A stretch of DNA of 58,161 bases, taken from the IMG/VR virus record IMGVR_UViG_3300019469_000054, positions 1 to 58,161 of that record; one strand, 5' to 3'. Shown piece after piece: positions 45,996 through 53,848 of this stretch (the first letter of the stretch is position 1; every line of letters starts with the position of its first letter). Source of the stretch: a virus. The notes beneath the pieces are model-generated. The model was not told the origin of the DNA. It ran no database searches and worked only from the letters and a program-made list of their open reading frames with translations. The position numbers and the translations under genes are program-made.

Positions 45996-47450
45996 TCAGA
46001 TGAGCCCTGAGACCTTCAGATCCGCATACCGCTGGTCAAGCCTAGGAATCACAGATTCGGTATCGACAGTGCTCGGGCACTGGAGCAACCACCTGACCAC
46101 GGTGCCCGTCTGGCCCGTTCGATGCAGCCGGCCCTGTGCCTGCACGCAGCGCACCACCGATGGATCAAGCCCGACCCACACTTCATGACGACAGACCCGC
46201 TGTAGTCCGTCAACACCTTCGGCGACGGCAGGGATCACCGCGCAGAGAATCTGTGGGCCGTCCTTGTCGAGGAATCGCTTCCACTCGTCCTTGTGCTCAC
46301 CATCCACTCGTGCGCACGAGTAGCCCGCCTTCTGCAACTGAGCAACCAACGGCGCCTGGAACTTTTTCGACGGCGAGTAGACGACGACTTTCTCATCACC
46401 GATGTCGCGCAAGATATCGAGCAATGCCGTGATCTTGCCGCTTCGCGAACCAGGATCGAAGTACCACTCGTCCTCTCCGCCATCACCGACACGCACGCTC
46501 ATCTGCCCGAGCGTCGCCTGCCGCAGCCTCATGTCGCGCGTCACCGGGAGTCCGACAACGGCGGGATGATCATCCATCCACGCCACGCTCTCATCGCGCA
46601 ATTGCTTGTACTGCCTGCGCTGTTCCGCGGTCATCGCGCAGTCCACGCGGCGGATATCCACCGGTGGCAGCGCCCCGGCAACATCCTCAATCCGCATGTC
46701 CTGCCACTCGCCCCGTGCCTTGTGCCCTTTCGACAACAGCCCTGGTCGCTTCTCAGCGCCATACGTCACCGAGTACGGCCCACCGAAATAGCAAGGCTCA
46801 CTCGTGAAGAATGCTTGCGCGAACTTGGTGAAGCCCGGGTATTTTTTGGGCCACAAATATTTCAGTGCACCGTAGATGTTCACGGGCTGACCGCCCGCCG
46901 GCGTAGCGCTGAGCGCCAAACGATGCCGCGCCTTCACCTTGCACAGCACTTGCGACGTAACAGTCCTGAAGTTGCAAGCCCTGTGAATCTCATCGCCGAT
47001 GACCCAATCGAACTCAATACCGCCCAGCACTCTTGTCGTCGCCTTGCTCTTCACCTTTCCCGCTCGTGCGTCATAACCCTTCCTCTTCGACACACTCGCC
47101 AGTAGTTCCCAGCCGATGAACGACACACCCCGGAGCTTGTCGCCGTTCAGTAGTGATTCAAGCGCCTCACGTTCAGTCTTCCTACGCTTACTCAGCACAT
47201 TGAACTGAACCTTTCCGTCGGGCCAGACCTGACCCACCGCACGACGCCAGCCGCTCTCCGTGCGCAGCGGGGCTACCACGAGTATCGATAGATCGCCGGG
47301 CTCAACTCCCTCCTGTCGTGCCGTACGGTCAATAACCCACAGCGACATGAGCGTCTTGCCGCACCCTGTTCCCGCGCTCACAAGGCCCGTGCCGCCCGCG
47401 GCCACAAGACCACGGATGGCGCGTTCCTGAGCCTCAACCGGCTCAATCAT
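45996..47450 (-). CDS. SNF2/DEAD-like superfamily 2 helicase.
   Basis: 484 aa. Walker A GTGCGKTLMS, DEXH box VIGDEIHRACN, and C-terminal helicase motifs (QAQGRLHRTGQ). Confidence 0.85.
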   Translation of the reverse strand: MIEPVEAQERAIRGLVAAGGTGLVSAGTGCGKTLMSLWVIDRTARQEGVEPGDLSILVVAPLRTESGWRRAVGQVWPDGKVQFNVLSKRRKTEREALESLLNGDKLRGVSFIGWELLASVSKRKGYDARAGKVKSKATTRVLGGIEFDWVIGDEIHRACNFRTVTSQVLCKVKARHRLALSATPAGGQPVNIYGALKYLWPKKYPGFTKFAQAFFTSEPCYFGGPYSVTYGAEKRPGLLSKGHKARGEWQDMRIEDVAGALPPVDIRRVDCAMTAEQRRQYKQLRDESVAWMDDHPAVVGLPVTRDMRLRQATLGQMSVRVGDGGEDEWYFDPGSRSGKITALLDILRDIGDEKVVVYSPSKKFQAPLVAQLQKAGYSCARVDGEHKDEWKRFLDKDGPQILCAVIPAVAEGVDGLQRVCRHEVWVGLDPSVVRCVQAQGRLHRTGQTGTVVRWLLQCPSTVDTESVIPRLDQRYADLKVSGLI

Positions 47451-48297
47451 CGATGCTCCTCACCCACGCGTACGCCTCGCCGGCCATCCGACGGACGTCC
47501 TCCTCGTCCTCGGGCAGCAGCTCGTCATAGGGCATCCACTCCCCGGATCCAATCCGGTGCTCCAACTCGATCCGGCCCTCCCCGTAGCCGACACTCTCGT
47601 AGTACGCCCTACGGCTCAGGTTGAACGTGATAGAGGATCGTGTCCACACGGTCATCTGGTCCTCGGACGAGCGCACAGCCCAGCCATCCTCCGCAGTCTC
47701 CACAGCCACGGTCTCAACCCACGCTTCGACCATCTGGTCTTTCGCGCACTCAGTCATCGCATCGATCACAGCGTCTGCGTCGTCGGAAGCATCACCGTCG
47801 AGGTAATCCGCTGTCTCCGGGTTGCACACCGACCACACGAACGCGCCGTCCTTGTCGTAGTAGCCCCGCACCATCACGTCTCCCCACGTGATCGTCCAGG
47901 AGTCGCCCTTCTCGTCCTGCGGTCCGAGAATGTCGTAGGCCTCACCCCGGTGCTCCAACCACGACACAACTTCGTCGCGAATATCCGCATCGCACCAATG
48001 CTGCCACTCCATCGTTGTTCGAGCGGCATCCTTCACGGCGTCCTCCAGGTGCGAGTACCCGTCCACATCGAACGGCGTACCGCCCGCCGTCACTTCTACC
48101 GCGATCCAATCCTCCTGCCCATCGCCGTACGGGTCGCGCATCCACTCCACCGACACGGGCCCCATGCGCAGCCAGCCACGCGTGTCGTCATCGCTCCAGC
48201 CGCAATCGACCCCTCCATTGCCGAGCACGTACGCCTCATTGGTCCATTCCAGTGCCCTGCACAGATCCTCAGCCTTGTCCGCGATCTTCTCGTTCAT
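47443..48297 (-). CDS. Strongly acidic, Trp-rich hypothetical protein (284 aa).
   Basis: ATG at 48297 preceded by GAGGAGAG. Its end overlaps the helicase start by 8 nt. Confidence 0.7.
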   Translation of the reverse strand: MNEKIADKAEDLCRALEWTNEAYVLGNGGVDCGWSDDDTRGWLRMGPVSVEWMRDPYGDGQEDWIAVEVTAGGTPFDVDGYSHLEDAVKDAARTTMEWQHWCDADIRDEVVSWLEHRGEAYDILGPQDEKGDSWTITWGDVMVRGYYDKDGAFVWSVCNPETADYLDGDASDDADAVIDAMTECAKDQMVEAWVETVAVETAEDGWAVRSSEDQMTVWTRSSITFNLSRRAYYESVGYGEGRIELEHRIGSGEWMPYDELLPEDEEDVRRMAGEAYAWVRSIDD

Positions 48298-48337
48298 GGT
48301 TCTCTCCTCAGCCCTTCGTAAGTATGTGTGTGTGTGC

Positions 48338-48565
48338 TCAGTTCTCGTGCGCAGCGGCGTAGAGGTATTCCGCTGCGATCTCGACATCGGCCTCATCGGT
48401 GATCCAACCCTCTCCCTCTTCGCCGCAGCGCCACCATGCCCCGGCCAGGCACTCCGTCTCGTCATCATCGATCTCGTAGTAGTCGTGCAGCCAGTCCTCG
48501 AGGATGATGCTCCCCGCGTCGCCCCGCGTGTCGGTCACGACCCGTCCGGTCCATTGCGTCTTCAT
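48338..48565 (-). CDS. Small acidic protein (75 aa).
   Basis: ATG at 48565 preceded by CAGGAGGAA. Asp/Glu/Trp-rich. Confidence 0.65.
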   Translation of the reverse strand: MKTQWTGRVVTDTRGDAGSIILEDWLHDYYEIDDDETECLAGAWWRCGEEGEGWITDEADVEIAAEYLYAAAHEN

Positions 48566-48644
48566 TCTCGGTTCCTCCTGTTGGTCCGGGCTCTGCGACA
48601 AGCCCTCTCGGTTTGTTGTTGTGCTCTCAGTCTAACTACATCAT

Positions 48645-48660
48645 GTCGTCCAGATCAACT
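48645..48660 (-). promoter_or_regulatory. Conserved 16-mer (minus strand GGACGACATGATGTAG) preceded by TTGATC. Candidate promoter/operator.
   Basis: Identical 16-mer at 49052-49067. Both copies lie upstream of leftward genes and share the flanking TTGAyn/TCAAC. Confidence 0.45.
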
Positions 48661-48662
48661 TC

Positions 48663-48899
48663 TCACTCTGTGATACTCATCACCGTCCATACCTCCCCGT
48701 CCGGCGTCTCGTCCGGAAGCCTCCTCATGTCGCCCCCGAGCCTGGAGACCACCGTGCTCGCCATCCTCAGCCACGACAGCATCTCGGTCCACTGCAACAT
48801 GTACAACTCGTCCTCCTCGTCGGCCCCCAGGGCTTCGACAACGGCCCGAACGTCCGACAGGTCAACGGCCACCCCGCTCCGCGTAATCAGCACGTGCAT
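48663..48899 (-). CDS. Hypothetical protein (78 aa). First clear gene of the leftward middle operon.
   Basis: ATG at 48899 preceded by GAAGGAGGA. Confidence 0.65.
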   Translation of the reverse strand: MHVLITRSGVAVDLSDVRAVVEALGADEEDELYMLQWTEMLSWLRMASTVVSRLGGDMRRLPDETPDGEVWTVMSITE

Positions 48900-49051
48900 C
48901 ACACATCCTCCTTCATAAGCATCTCGATGGCCCGCATGATCACGGGCCCGGGTACGCACGACAGGTCCCCGCCGGCTCTCTCCCGCACCCTCGTCTCCTT
49001 CCTCTCGCTACCGGGCAGGGCGTCTCCCTTCCGGCTTCGAGATCTACTCTC

Positions 49052-49067
49052 CTACATCATGTCGTCC
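49052..49067 (-). promoter_or_regulatory. Second copy of the conserved 16-mer (GGACGACATGATGTAG on the minus strand), preceded by TTGACG.
   Basis: Exact repeat of 48645-48660. Confidence 0.45.
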
Positions 49068-49162
49068 CCGTCAACCCTGCCCGACATGACCCCGCTCACA
49101 CTCACTGACTGTCATGACACAACCTTCGACAGAGAGCTCTGACCTCTGTGCACTAGCCCATC

Positions 49163-49177
49163 GGGACCAAGGTCCTA
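49163..49177. promoter_or_regulatory. Operator-like site GGGACCAAGGTCCTA (copy C).
   Basis: Perfect dyad GGACC-aa-GGTCC. Part of a ~35-bp direct repeat with copy D. Confidence 0.5.
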
Positions 49178-49220
49178 TGGAGGTTGACTACCTAGTGACG
49201 ATATGGCTCAAGCCCAAGTT

Positions 49221-49235
49221 GGGACTAAGGTCCTA
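49221..49235. promoter_or_regulatory. Operator-like site GGGACTAAGGTCCTA (copy D).
   Basis: 58 bp from copy C. The flanks also align (…GAG(T)GGTTrACTAmsTAGT). Confidence 0.5.
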
Positions 49236-49290
49236 AAGAGTGGTTACTAAGTAGTTAGTAGGTAGTGATGCGGTGGTGACGACACGGGCA

Positions 49291-49301
49291 GATGTAGGTA
49301 C
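49291..49301 (+). promoter_or_regulatory. GATGTAGGTAC motif copy.
   Basis: Same 11-mer as at 49406-49416 and as both halves of the 3077-3098 palindrome (cAGATGTAGGTAC on the minus strand there). Confidence 0.4.
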
Positions 49302-49405
49302 ATCCACCGGGGAGGGTACCCCGGAGTACGACAGGCCCGCGATAGCAACGATTATGTATCGAACAGGTGTTCGAAAGAGAGGGCTGAGACGGGGTGGAAA
49401 TGGGC

Positions 49406-49416
49406 GATGTAGGTAC
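49406..49416 (+). promoter_or_regulatory. GATGTAGGTAC motif copy.
   Basis: Exact repeat, 36 nt upstream of TTCTCTTCGTA and the AT-rich island. Confidence 0.4.
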
Positions 49417-49430
49417 AAAAATCCCAAATG

Positions 49431-49646
49431 TTTCAATTATGTTACGGCCCAATTCTCTTCGTACTATATAGTATATATTATTATATTATATAAATATTAT
49501 ATACAGAATATAATGATAGTAGTATAAATACTTGGTATCTAGTATAGTATCTTGTACCATACATTAATGTCATAGTAGTATAATATTCTATACTACTCTT
49601 ATATATTCTGAGTACGATATATACAAATGCATACATAGGGTATATA
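49431..49646. promoter_or_regulatory. AT-rich island 2 (TATATA/AGTATA repeats). Inverted homologue of island 1.
   Basis: Sharp GC drop. Shares TTCTCTTCGTA (49453-49463) and TATATAGTATATATT (49465-49479) with the reverse complement of 3023-3066. Confidence 0.7.
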
Positions 49647-50433
49647 GGGGGTTCTGGTTCGCCATCGCCCGTGTCGCCACGTGATCGATCGTTCGCTCGT
49701 TCGAACACGAGAACAAAAGAACGAAAGATGAACACACAAGAGTCATCGCCCTTGTCGCGCTCTGTCGGCAGGCCCGTGTCGGGCCCCGTAGGCCGACCCG
49801 CCCACCGGGTACGGGTCCCCCGTCCTGTCGCACCCGGCTACCGTCCCGCCTCAGATACCTCTCAGACGCGTTGTAAGCCAATCTGAGACGATTTCAGCCC
49901 TGAGTCAGTGCAGGACACTGGAGAGCCCCCTAGAGGCCGTCTACGGGCCTTACAGCACGTCAGCCCCCCTGTGCACGACACAGCGCGATCGATTCGACAG
50001 GGGCACGAACGAGGACGGAGACTGAACAGCCCCTCTCGCCCGTGTCGCCAGGGCCACGAGGGTTGCGATCTTAACAGCGTTAACGAGACAGAAATCACAC
50101 CACACGAAGCCGAATTTCGAGGCGAAGGAAATCGGTTGCTACCGAGTGCGGGGCGGGGGGAGGGGGTGCGACCCCGCACGCCCGTACGAGGGAGGACCCC
50201 GCAATGGAAGACCCGCGAGAGATCAACGCTATGGAGTTGTCAACGAACCCTGCTCCGGCCCTGTCGAGCCCCTACTGCTGGACCTCCTTTCTATAAATAA
50301 GTATAGGCTCAATCCCTGCCCCGGTCAACCCCCCGCAGAGCCTCGTTACACGTTCGTAACAGCCGGGTTGTGCTACTCTTGAAGACTCTTCGACACCCCA
50401 CCCAGCAGGCCGCTGCAACGGCCCCGGGCATGA

Positions 50434-50470
50434 CACCGCCCCTGTCGTCTTGTGAACAACAGGGGCGGTG
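50434..50470 (-). terminator. Terminator hairpin at the end of the early leftward operon.
   Basis: CACCGCCCCTGT / ACAGGGGCGGTG, a perfect 12-bp stem with a 13-nt loop, 13 nt after the stop at 50483. Confidence 0.65.
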
Positions 50471-50482
50471 CTTCGTCGGTTG

Positions 50483-50692
50483 TCAGACCAGGCGGAGGGC
50501 TCGGAACTTGCGGTCCCGACTAACAGTGGTGCGGAGGTCTGAGTGACCGTCACAGCCGTACTCCAGAACGATCTCGAACTCGGTCAGAGAGACCGGCTCG
50601 ATCAGTCCAATGCGCCAGGAGGTGTTTGCCCACAGGACAATGTCGCCTTTGATCAGGCGCTCGGCCCGGATCAGGATCGAGTCTTCAGTCAT
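50483..50692 (-). CDS. Hypothetical protein (69 aa).
   Basis: ATG preceded by GAAAGGAA. Confidence 0.65.
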   Translation of the reverse strand: MTEDSILIRAERLIKGDIVLWANTSWRIGLIEPVSLTEFEIVLEYGCDGHSDLRTTVSRDRKFRALRLV

Positions 50693-50753
50693 GTCAGTTC
50701 CTTTCGCTCGGTTGCGGCATCAGTATCACATGTTTCTTAGTCGTTGTCCACCC

Positions 50754-51548
50754 CTAGACTGCGACAGGCGCTCGAAGAACACCGCCGTGGCGGTAGCCCT
50801 CGGAGGCGTCGATGTCCTCGAGGACGTAGTCGTCGATCGAATCCCGCTTCTTGAGCCGCAGACGGGGGAACGGGAAGACCTCACGAGTGAGCTGCTCCTT
50901 CACCTGCTCCACGTGGTTGTCGTAGATGTGGCAGTCGCCCCCGGTCCAGATGAGCTCGCCGACCTCCAGATCGGCGAGCTGGGCGAGCATGTGGGTGAGC
51001 AGGGCGTAGGAGGCGATATTGAAGGGCACGCCCAGGAACAGGTCGGCGGAGCGCTGATAGACCTGGAGCGACAAGCGCCCCTCCCCACTGACGTAGCACT
51101 GGAAGAAGGCGTGGCAGGGGGCCAGGGCCATCTCCCCCAAGTCACCGACGTTCCAGGCGGACACCAAGTGACGGCGGGAGTGCGGATCCGCCCGCAGGCC
51201 GTGAATGAGTTTCTTGATCTGATCATGGGCGCTGCCCCAGTTGCGCCACTGGACGCCGTAGAGGGGCCCGACATAGCCGTCCGTGTCGGCCCAGTCGTCC
51301 CAGATGTGCACGTCCTGCCCCTGGAGCCACGAGATGTTATCCTCACCGCGGAGGAACCAGAGGAGTTCCGCCTTGATCGGCTTCATGGGGACGTACTTGG
51401 TGGTGATCCGGGGGAAACCCTTCATCAGGTCGTACCTCAGCTGACGACCGAAGACGGCGCGGGTGCCGACACCGGTGCGGTCCTGTCGTGATTCGCCGTT
51501 GTCGAGGATGTCCTTCAGCAAGCGCTCGTACTGGTCGTCAATAACCAT
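50754..51548 (-). CDS. thyA: Thymidylate synthase (ThyA type).
   Basis: 264 aa. [12 protein letters not shown] and [26 protein letters not shown] match ThyA active-site regions, including the Asn of PFNIASY. Confidence 0.95.
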   Translation of the reverse strand: MVIDDQYERLLKDILDNGESRQDRTGVGTRAVFGRQLRYDLMKGFPRITTKYVPMKPIKAELLWFLRGEDNISWLQGQDVHIWDDWADTDGYVGPLYGVQWRNWGSAHDQIKKLIHGLRADPHSRRHLVSAWNVGDLGEMALAPCHAFFQCYVSGEGRLSLQVYQRSADLFLGVPFNIASYALLTHMLAQLADLEVGELIWTGGDCHIYDNHVEQVKEQLTREVFPFPRLRLKKRDSIDDYVLEDIDASEGYRHGGVLRAPVAV

Positions 51549-51760
51549 CAGAACAGACCCCCTCGATCAACGACCTTCAGCACCCGATCGAATGGGCCGC
51601 ACCTGAAGGTCTCCGGTAGCCCGTACCTGTCGTAGTATTCGAAGTACGTACCTCCGAAGCCATCGGGCCGGATAAAAGTAACCTGAACGACCCCCTCTGT
51701 TCTGTGAAGGATTTTGTTGCCAGGCATGATCTGCCATGGAAGGACGGGTTTGATCTGCAT
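51548..51760 (-). CDS. Hypothetical protein (70 aa).
   Basis: TGATG coupling at both ends. The longer track ORF start is rejected. Confidence 0.6.
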   Translation of the reverse strand: MQIKPVLPWQIMPGNKILHRTEGVVQVTFIRPDGFGGTYFEYYDRYGLPETFRCGPFDRVLKVVDRGGLF

Positions 51761-51966
51761 CAGAACAGTGCCTCCTGCGAGCCCCAGACGTTGACGGGGT
51801 CCAGGGCGTCGTAGGTGTCGAGGCGGGGGTTCTCGCCGGCGAGATCGGTGGTGCGGAACGCCCGGGTCTCTTCGTCGTGTGTGATGTCGGTGATAATGCG
51901 GCTCTCCTTGTTCTTGAAGAGGAGAATGTCGCCTACGCGACAGTTGCGGGCTTGCTTGGTAGGCAT
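51760..51966 (-). CDS. Hypothetical protein (68 aa).
   Basis: TGATG coupling at both ends. Confidence 0.6.
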   Translation of the reverse strand: MPTKQARNCRVGDILLFKNKESRIITDITHDEETRAFRTTDLAGENPRLDTYDALDPVNVWGSQEALF

Positions 51967-52838
51967 CAGAGGTTCCTTTCGTTGTTGATAGCAGTGAGTC
52001 CGCGCTGGAGCATGAGGCGGGCCTGGAGTCTGACGACCGCGTTGCCCGCGAGGCGAATGGAGGCGGTGCGGGACAGGCCGACGGCATGGGCGGAGGGCAG
52101 GCCCATGAGCCATTCGACGAAAGCAGCGTTCAGTCGGCCTTCGTCGTCCTTGAGTCGAGGCTCGGGGAGGCCTGTAGCGTTCGTCCAAAGGGCAGAATCG
52201 AGTGGAGGGGGGCGGTTGCCTTCATGGACCCAGGTCTGAAGGTTGGGACCACCGCCTCGACCTGAGCGACTGGGCCCTGTCGAGGACGATGCGGTGGGTG
52301 ACGGCACCATGTGTCGAGGTACGACTTTACGGACGACATTGATGCGACGAGGTTCGAAGCAACGCCGGGCCGCGACGAGCATGATGCGCTCACGGCGGTG
52401 CGGAGCCCCGATCTCCCAGGCTCCCCCGGACGCTACGGTAGCGCGGTAGCCGTGCGTGATCATCAGCCAGACAGCCAGATCGAGGTAGGTGCGGTAGCCG
52501 CCAGGGACGTTCTCCGCGACGATGAGGTCCGCCCTACCTGCCACGGCCATGTCGAGGGCCTCGTGGATGAGGCTGCTTCGGGTTCCGGAGCCCTTACCCG
52601 CGACGGGAAGGTCCTGGCAGGGCGCCCCGAGGGTGACGATGGAGCCCTCCGGGACGTCCTGGTCGCGGAAGTCCGAGTGGATCTTCACGTTGCGGAAGCG
52701 GGCCTTCAGGTACTTGCGGGCGGGTCCGTAGTTGTCGGAGAACGACTGGAAGCAGGTGAACTCATTCAGGCCGTCGGCAACGGCCCGGGCGAGCTCGCCG
52801 GTGCCGGAGAACATGTCGATAATCGGTGTGGAGGTCAT
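51966..52838 (-). CDS. DNA (cytosine-5) methyltransferase.
   Basis: 290 aa from the ATG at 52838. Motif I IDMFSGTG, motif IV GAPCQDLP and motif VI ENVPG. Confidence 0.85.
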   Translation of the reverse strand: MTSTPIIDMFSGTGELARAVADGLNEFTCFQSFSDNYGPARKYLKARFRNVKIHSDFRDQDVPEGSIVTLGAPCQDLPVAGKGSGTRSSLIHEALDMAVAGRADLIVAENVPGGYRTYLDLAVWLMITHGYRATVASGGAWEIGAPHRRERIMLVAARRCFEPRRINVVRKVVPRHMVPSPTASSSTGPSRSGRGGGPNLQTWVHEGNRPPPLDSALWTNATGLPEPRLKDDEGRLNAAFVEWLMGLPSAHAVGLSRTASIRLAGNAVVRLQARLMLQRGLTAINNERNL

Positions 52839-52839
52839 G

Positions 52840-53049
52840 TCAGTCACCCTTGCACTCGATCTCGACCTCACCAGTGGCCTCGAAGATGTTGATCCGGGTG
52901 ATCCTGTAGGTCTCATTCCCCCTCCGAATGCGAACCGGTGCACCACAGGCGGCTCGTGGGTCGAGAAGGTCGTCAGCGAGCTCAAATACGGTGGGCGGCT
53001 CCGAGTCGTAGCTGAGGTGGGTAACAGCCTCGGTCGTTGAAGAGTACAT
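52840..53049 (-). CDS. Hypothetical protein (69 aa).
   Basis: The ATG at 53049 has GGAGGA 10 nt upstream. The ATG at 53058 is too close to the RBS. Confidence 0.55.
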   Translation of the reverse strand: MYSSTTEAVTHLSYDSEPPTVFELADDLLDPRAACGAPVRIRRGNETYRITRINIFEATGEVEIECKGD

Positions 53050-53050
53050 T

Positions 53051-53271
53051 TCAGACATTCCTCCAGATGAGGGCCTTCATGTGGATGCGGTCGGGATCGC
53101 CATCATCGGGCTCCCAGTAGTCAACGTCATCTGCGATCACGACCGACACGGGCTCGAAGGTGAGGCGCTCTCGCATGTCGATGAGAGCGGAGTCGTCTCG
53201 AAGCGCGGGGAGTAAATGATGTCGCCTTCCTTGAGTTCCGTAACAAGGACTGGTTCCACTAGGTGGCGCAT
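53051..53271 (-). pseudogene. Small gene (~73 aa) that needs a 1-nt frame correction at a C4/G4 run.
   Basis: The span is 221 nt, not a multiple of 3. The N-terminal frame (MRHLVEPVLVTELKEGDIIYSP) and C-terminal frame (ALRDDSALIDMRERLTFEPVSVVIADDVDYWEPDDGDPDRIHMKALIWRNV) both look coding and join at GGGG 53207-53210. Confidence 0.5.
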
Positions 53272-53272
53272 A

Positions 53273-53521
53273 TCAGATCTCCTCGTAGGTCTCTTCGAAG
53301 ATGTCCTTCAGGCAGGGGTAAAACTCCCCACGGACACCTTTGATGATGTAGTCGCCTTCGTCAAACCACATGGGGCCTTCGAGCGTGTAGACGCAGATGG
53401 CGTCGTCGTTGTAGTCAGAGAGCGCTACGTGATCGTCGCTCCAGTCCTGGAGTTCCAGAAAGTTGTCCCCAGTGTACTGGCGGGCCTCGAGGGGGATCGG
53501 CTTCTTGCGGTAGTACGGCAT
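53273..53521 (-). CDS. Hypothetical protein (82 aa).
   Basis: Clean ORF. C-terminal pattern GDYIIKGVRGEFYPCLKDIFEETYEEI. Confidence 0.7.
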   Translation of the reverse strand: MPYYRKKPIPLEARQYTGDNFLELQDWSDDHVALSDYNDDAICVYTLEGPMWFDEGDYIIKGVRGEFYPCLKDIFEETYEEI

Positions 53522-53532
53522 GACGGTTCCTT

Positions 53533-53742
53533 TCAGTTGATTCGAGAGATTCTTTCGTTCCAGCGGAATAGCTGCCAGGTGCGTTCTCTGCGACCCTGCT
53601 CCATGCAGTTGATGCAGAACCCGATCTCGCTCCCACTCCTCACAGGGACGAGGTTCTTGCTAAGGACGATGTAGTGCCTTCTATCCAAGATGATGTGGTC
53701 GAAGCTCCTGATCTCCCAAGCGGTAACGACCTGTGTCTCCAT
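53533..53742 (-). CDS. Hypothetical protein (69 aa). First gene of the early leftward operon.
   Basis: ATG at 53742 preceded by GAAGGAG. The promoter lies 30-60 nt upstream. Confidence 0.65.
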   Translation of the reverse strand: METQVVTAWEIRSFDHIILDRRHYIVLSKNLVPVRSGSEIGFCINCMEQGRRERTWQLFRWNERISRIN

Positions 53743-53772
53743 GTTGGCTCCTTCGGTTCGGTTGATGATCCC

Positions 53773-53802
53773 AGCATAGAGAAGTACCGGGCGGGGTGTC
53801 AA
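53773..53802 (-). promoter_or_regulatory. Sigma-70/SigA-like early promoter reading leftward.
   Basis: On the minus strand: TTGACA (53802-53797), an 18-nt spacer, then TATGCT (53778-53773). Confidence 0.6.
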
Positions 53803-53848
53803 GCCCAGGGTTCGTTACGCTTGGATCACGACGACGAGAGGAGGTCGT

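Noticed and set aside
2914-49646. The two mirrored AT-rich modules as the borders of an invertible or excisable segment.
   Set aside because: No invertase, integrase or transposase gene was found. The shared sequences are short (11-15 bp) and embedded in promoter-like contexts at operon heads.
50148-50185. The G-rich tract GGGGCGGGGGGAGGGGG as a G-quadruplex.
   Set aside because: Only three usable G-runs lie close together. The tract also forms an ordinary hairpin with CCCCGCAC downstream. Nothing singles it out beyond GC-rich sequence.
49140-50480. tRNA or tmRNA genes in the large non-coding regions.
   Set aside because: I could not find a cloverleaf with a GTTCRANNC T-arm and matching acceptor stem by eye. 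A tRNAscan/ARAGORN run would be needed to exclude them formally.
50754-51548. The thymidylate synthase homologue as a dCMP/dUMP hydroxymethylase, which with dcd and the methyltransferase would indicate a hypermodified base pathway.
   Set aside because: The active-site regions match canonical ThyA, including the Asn in PFNIASY that specifies dUMP. No glucosyl-, amino- or kinase-type partner genes were seen.
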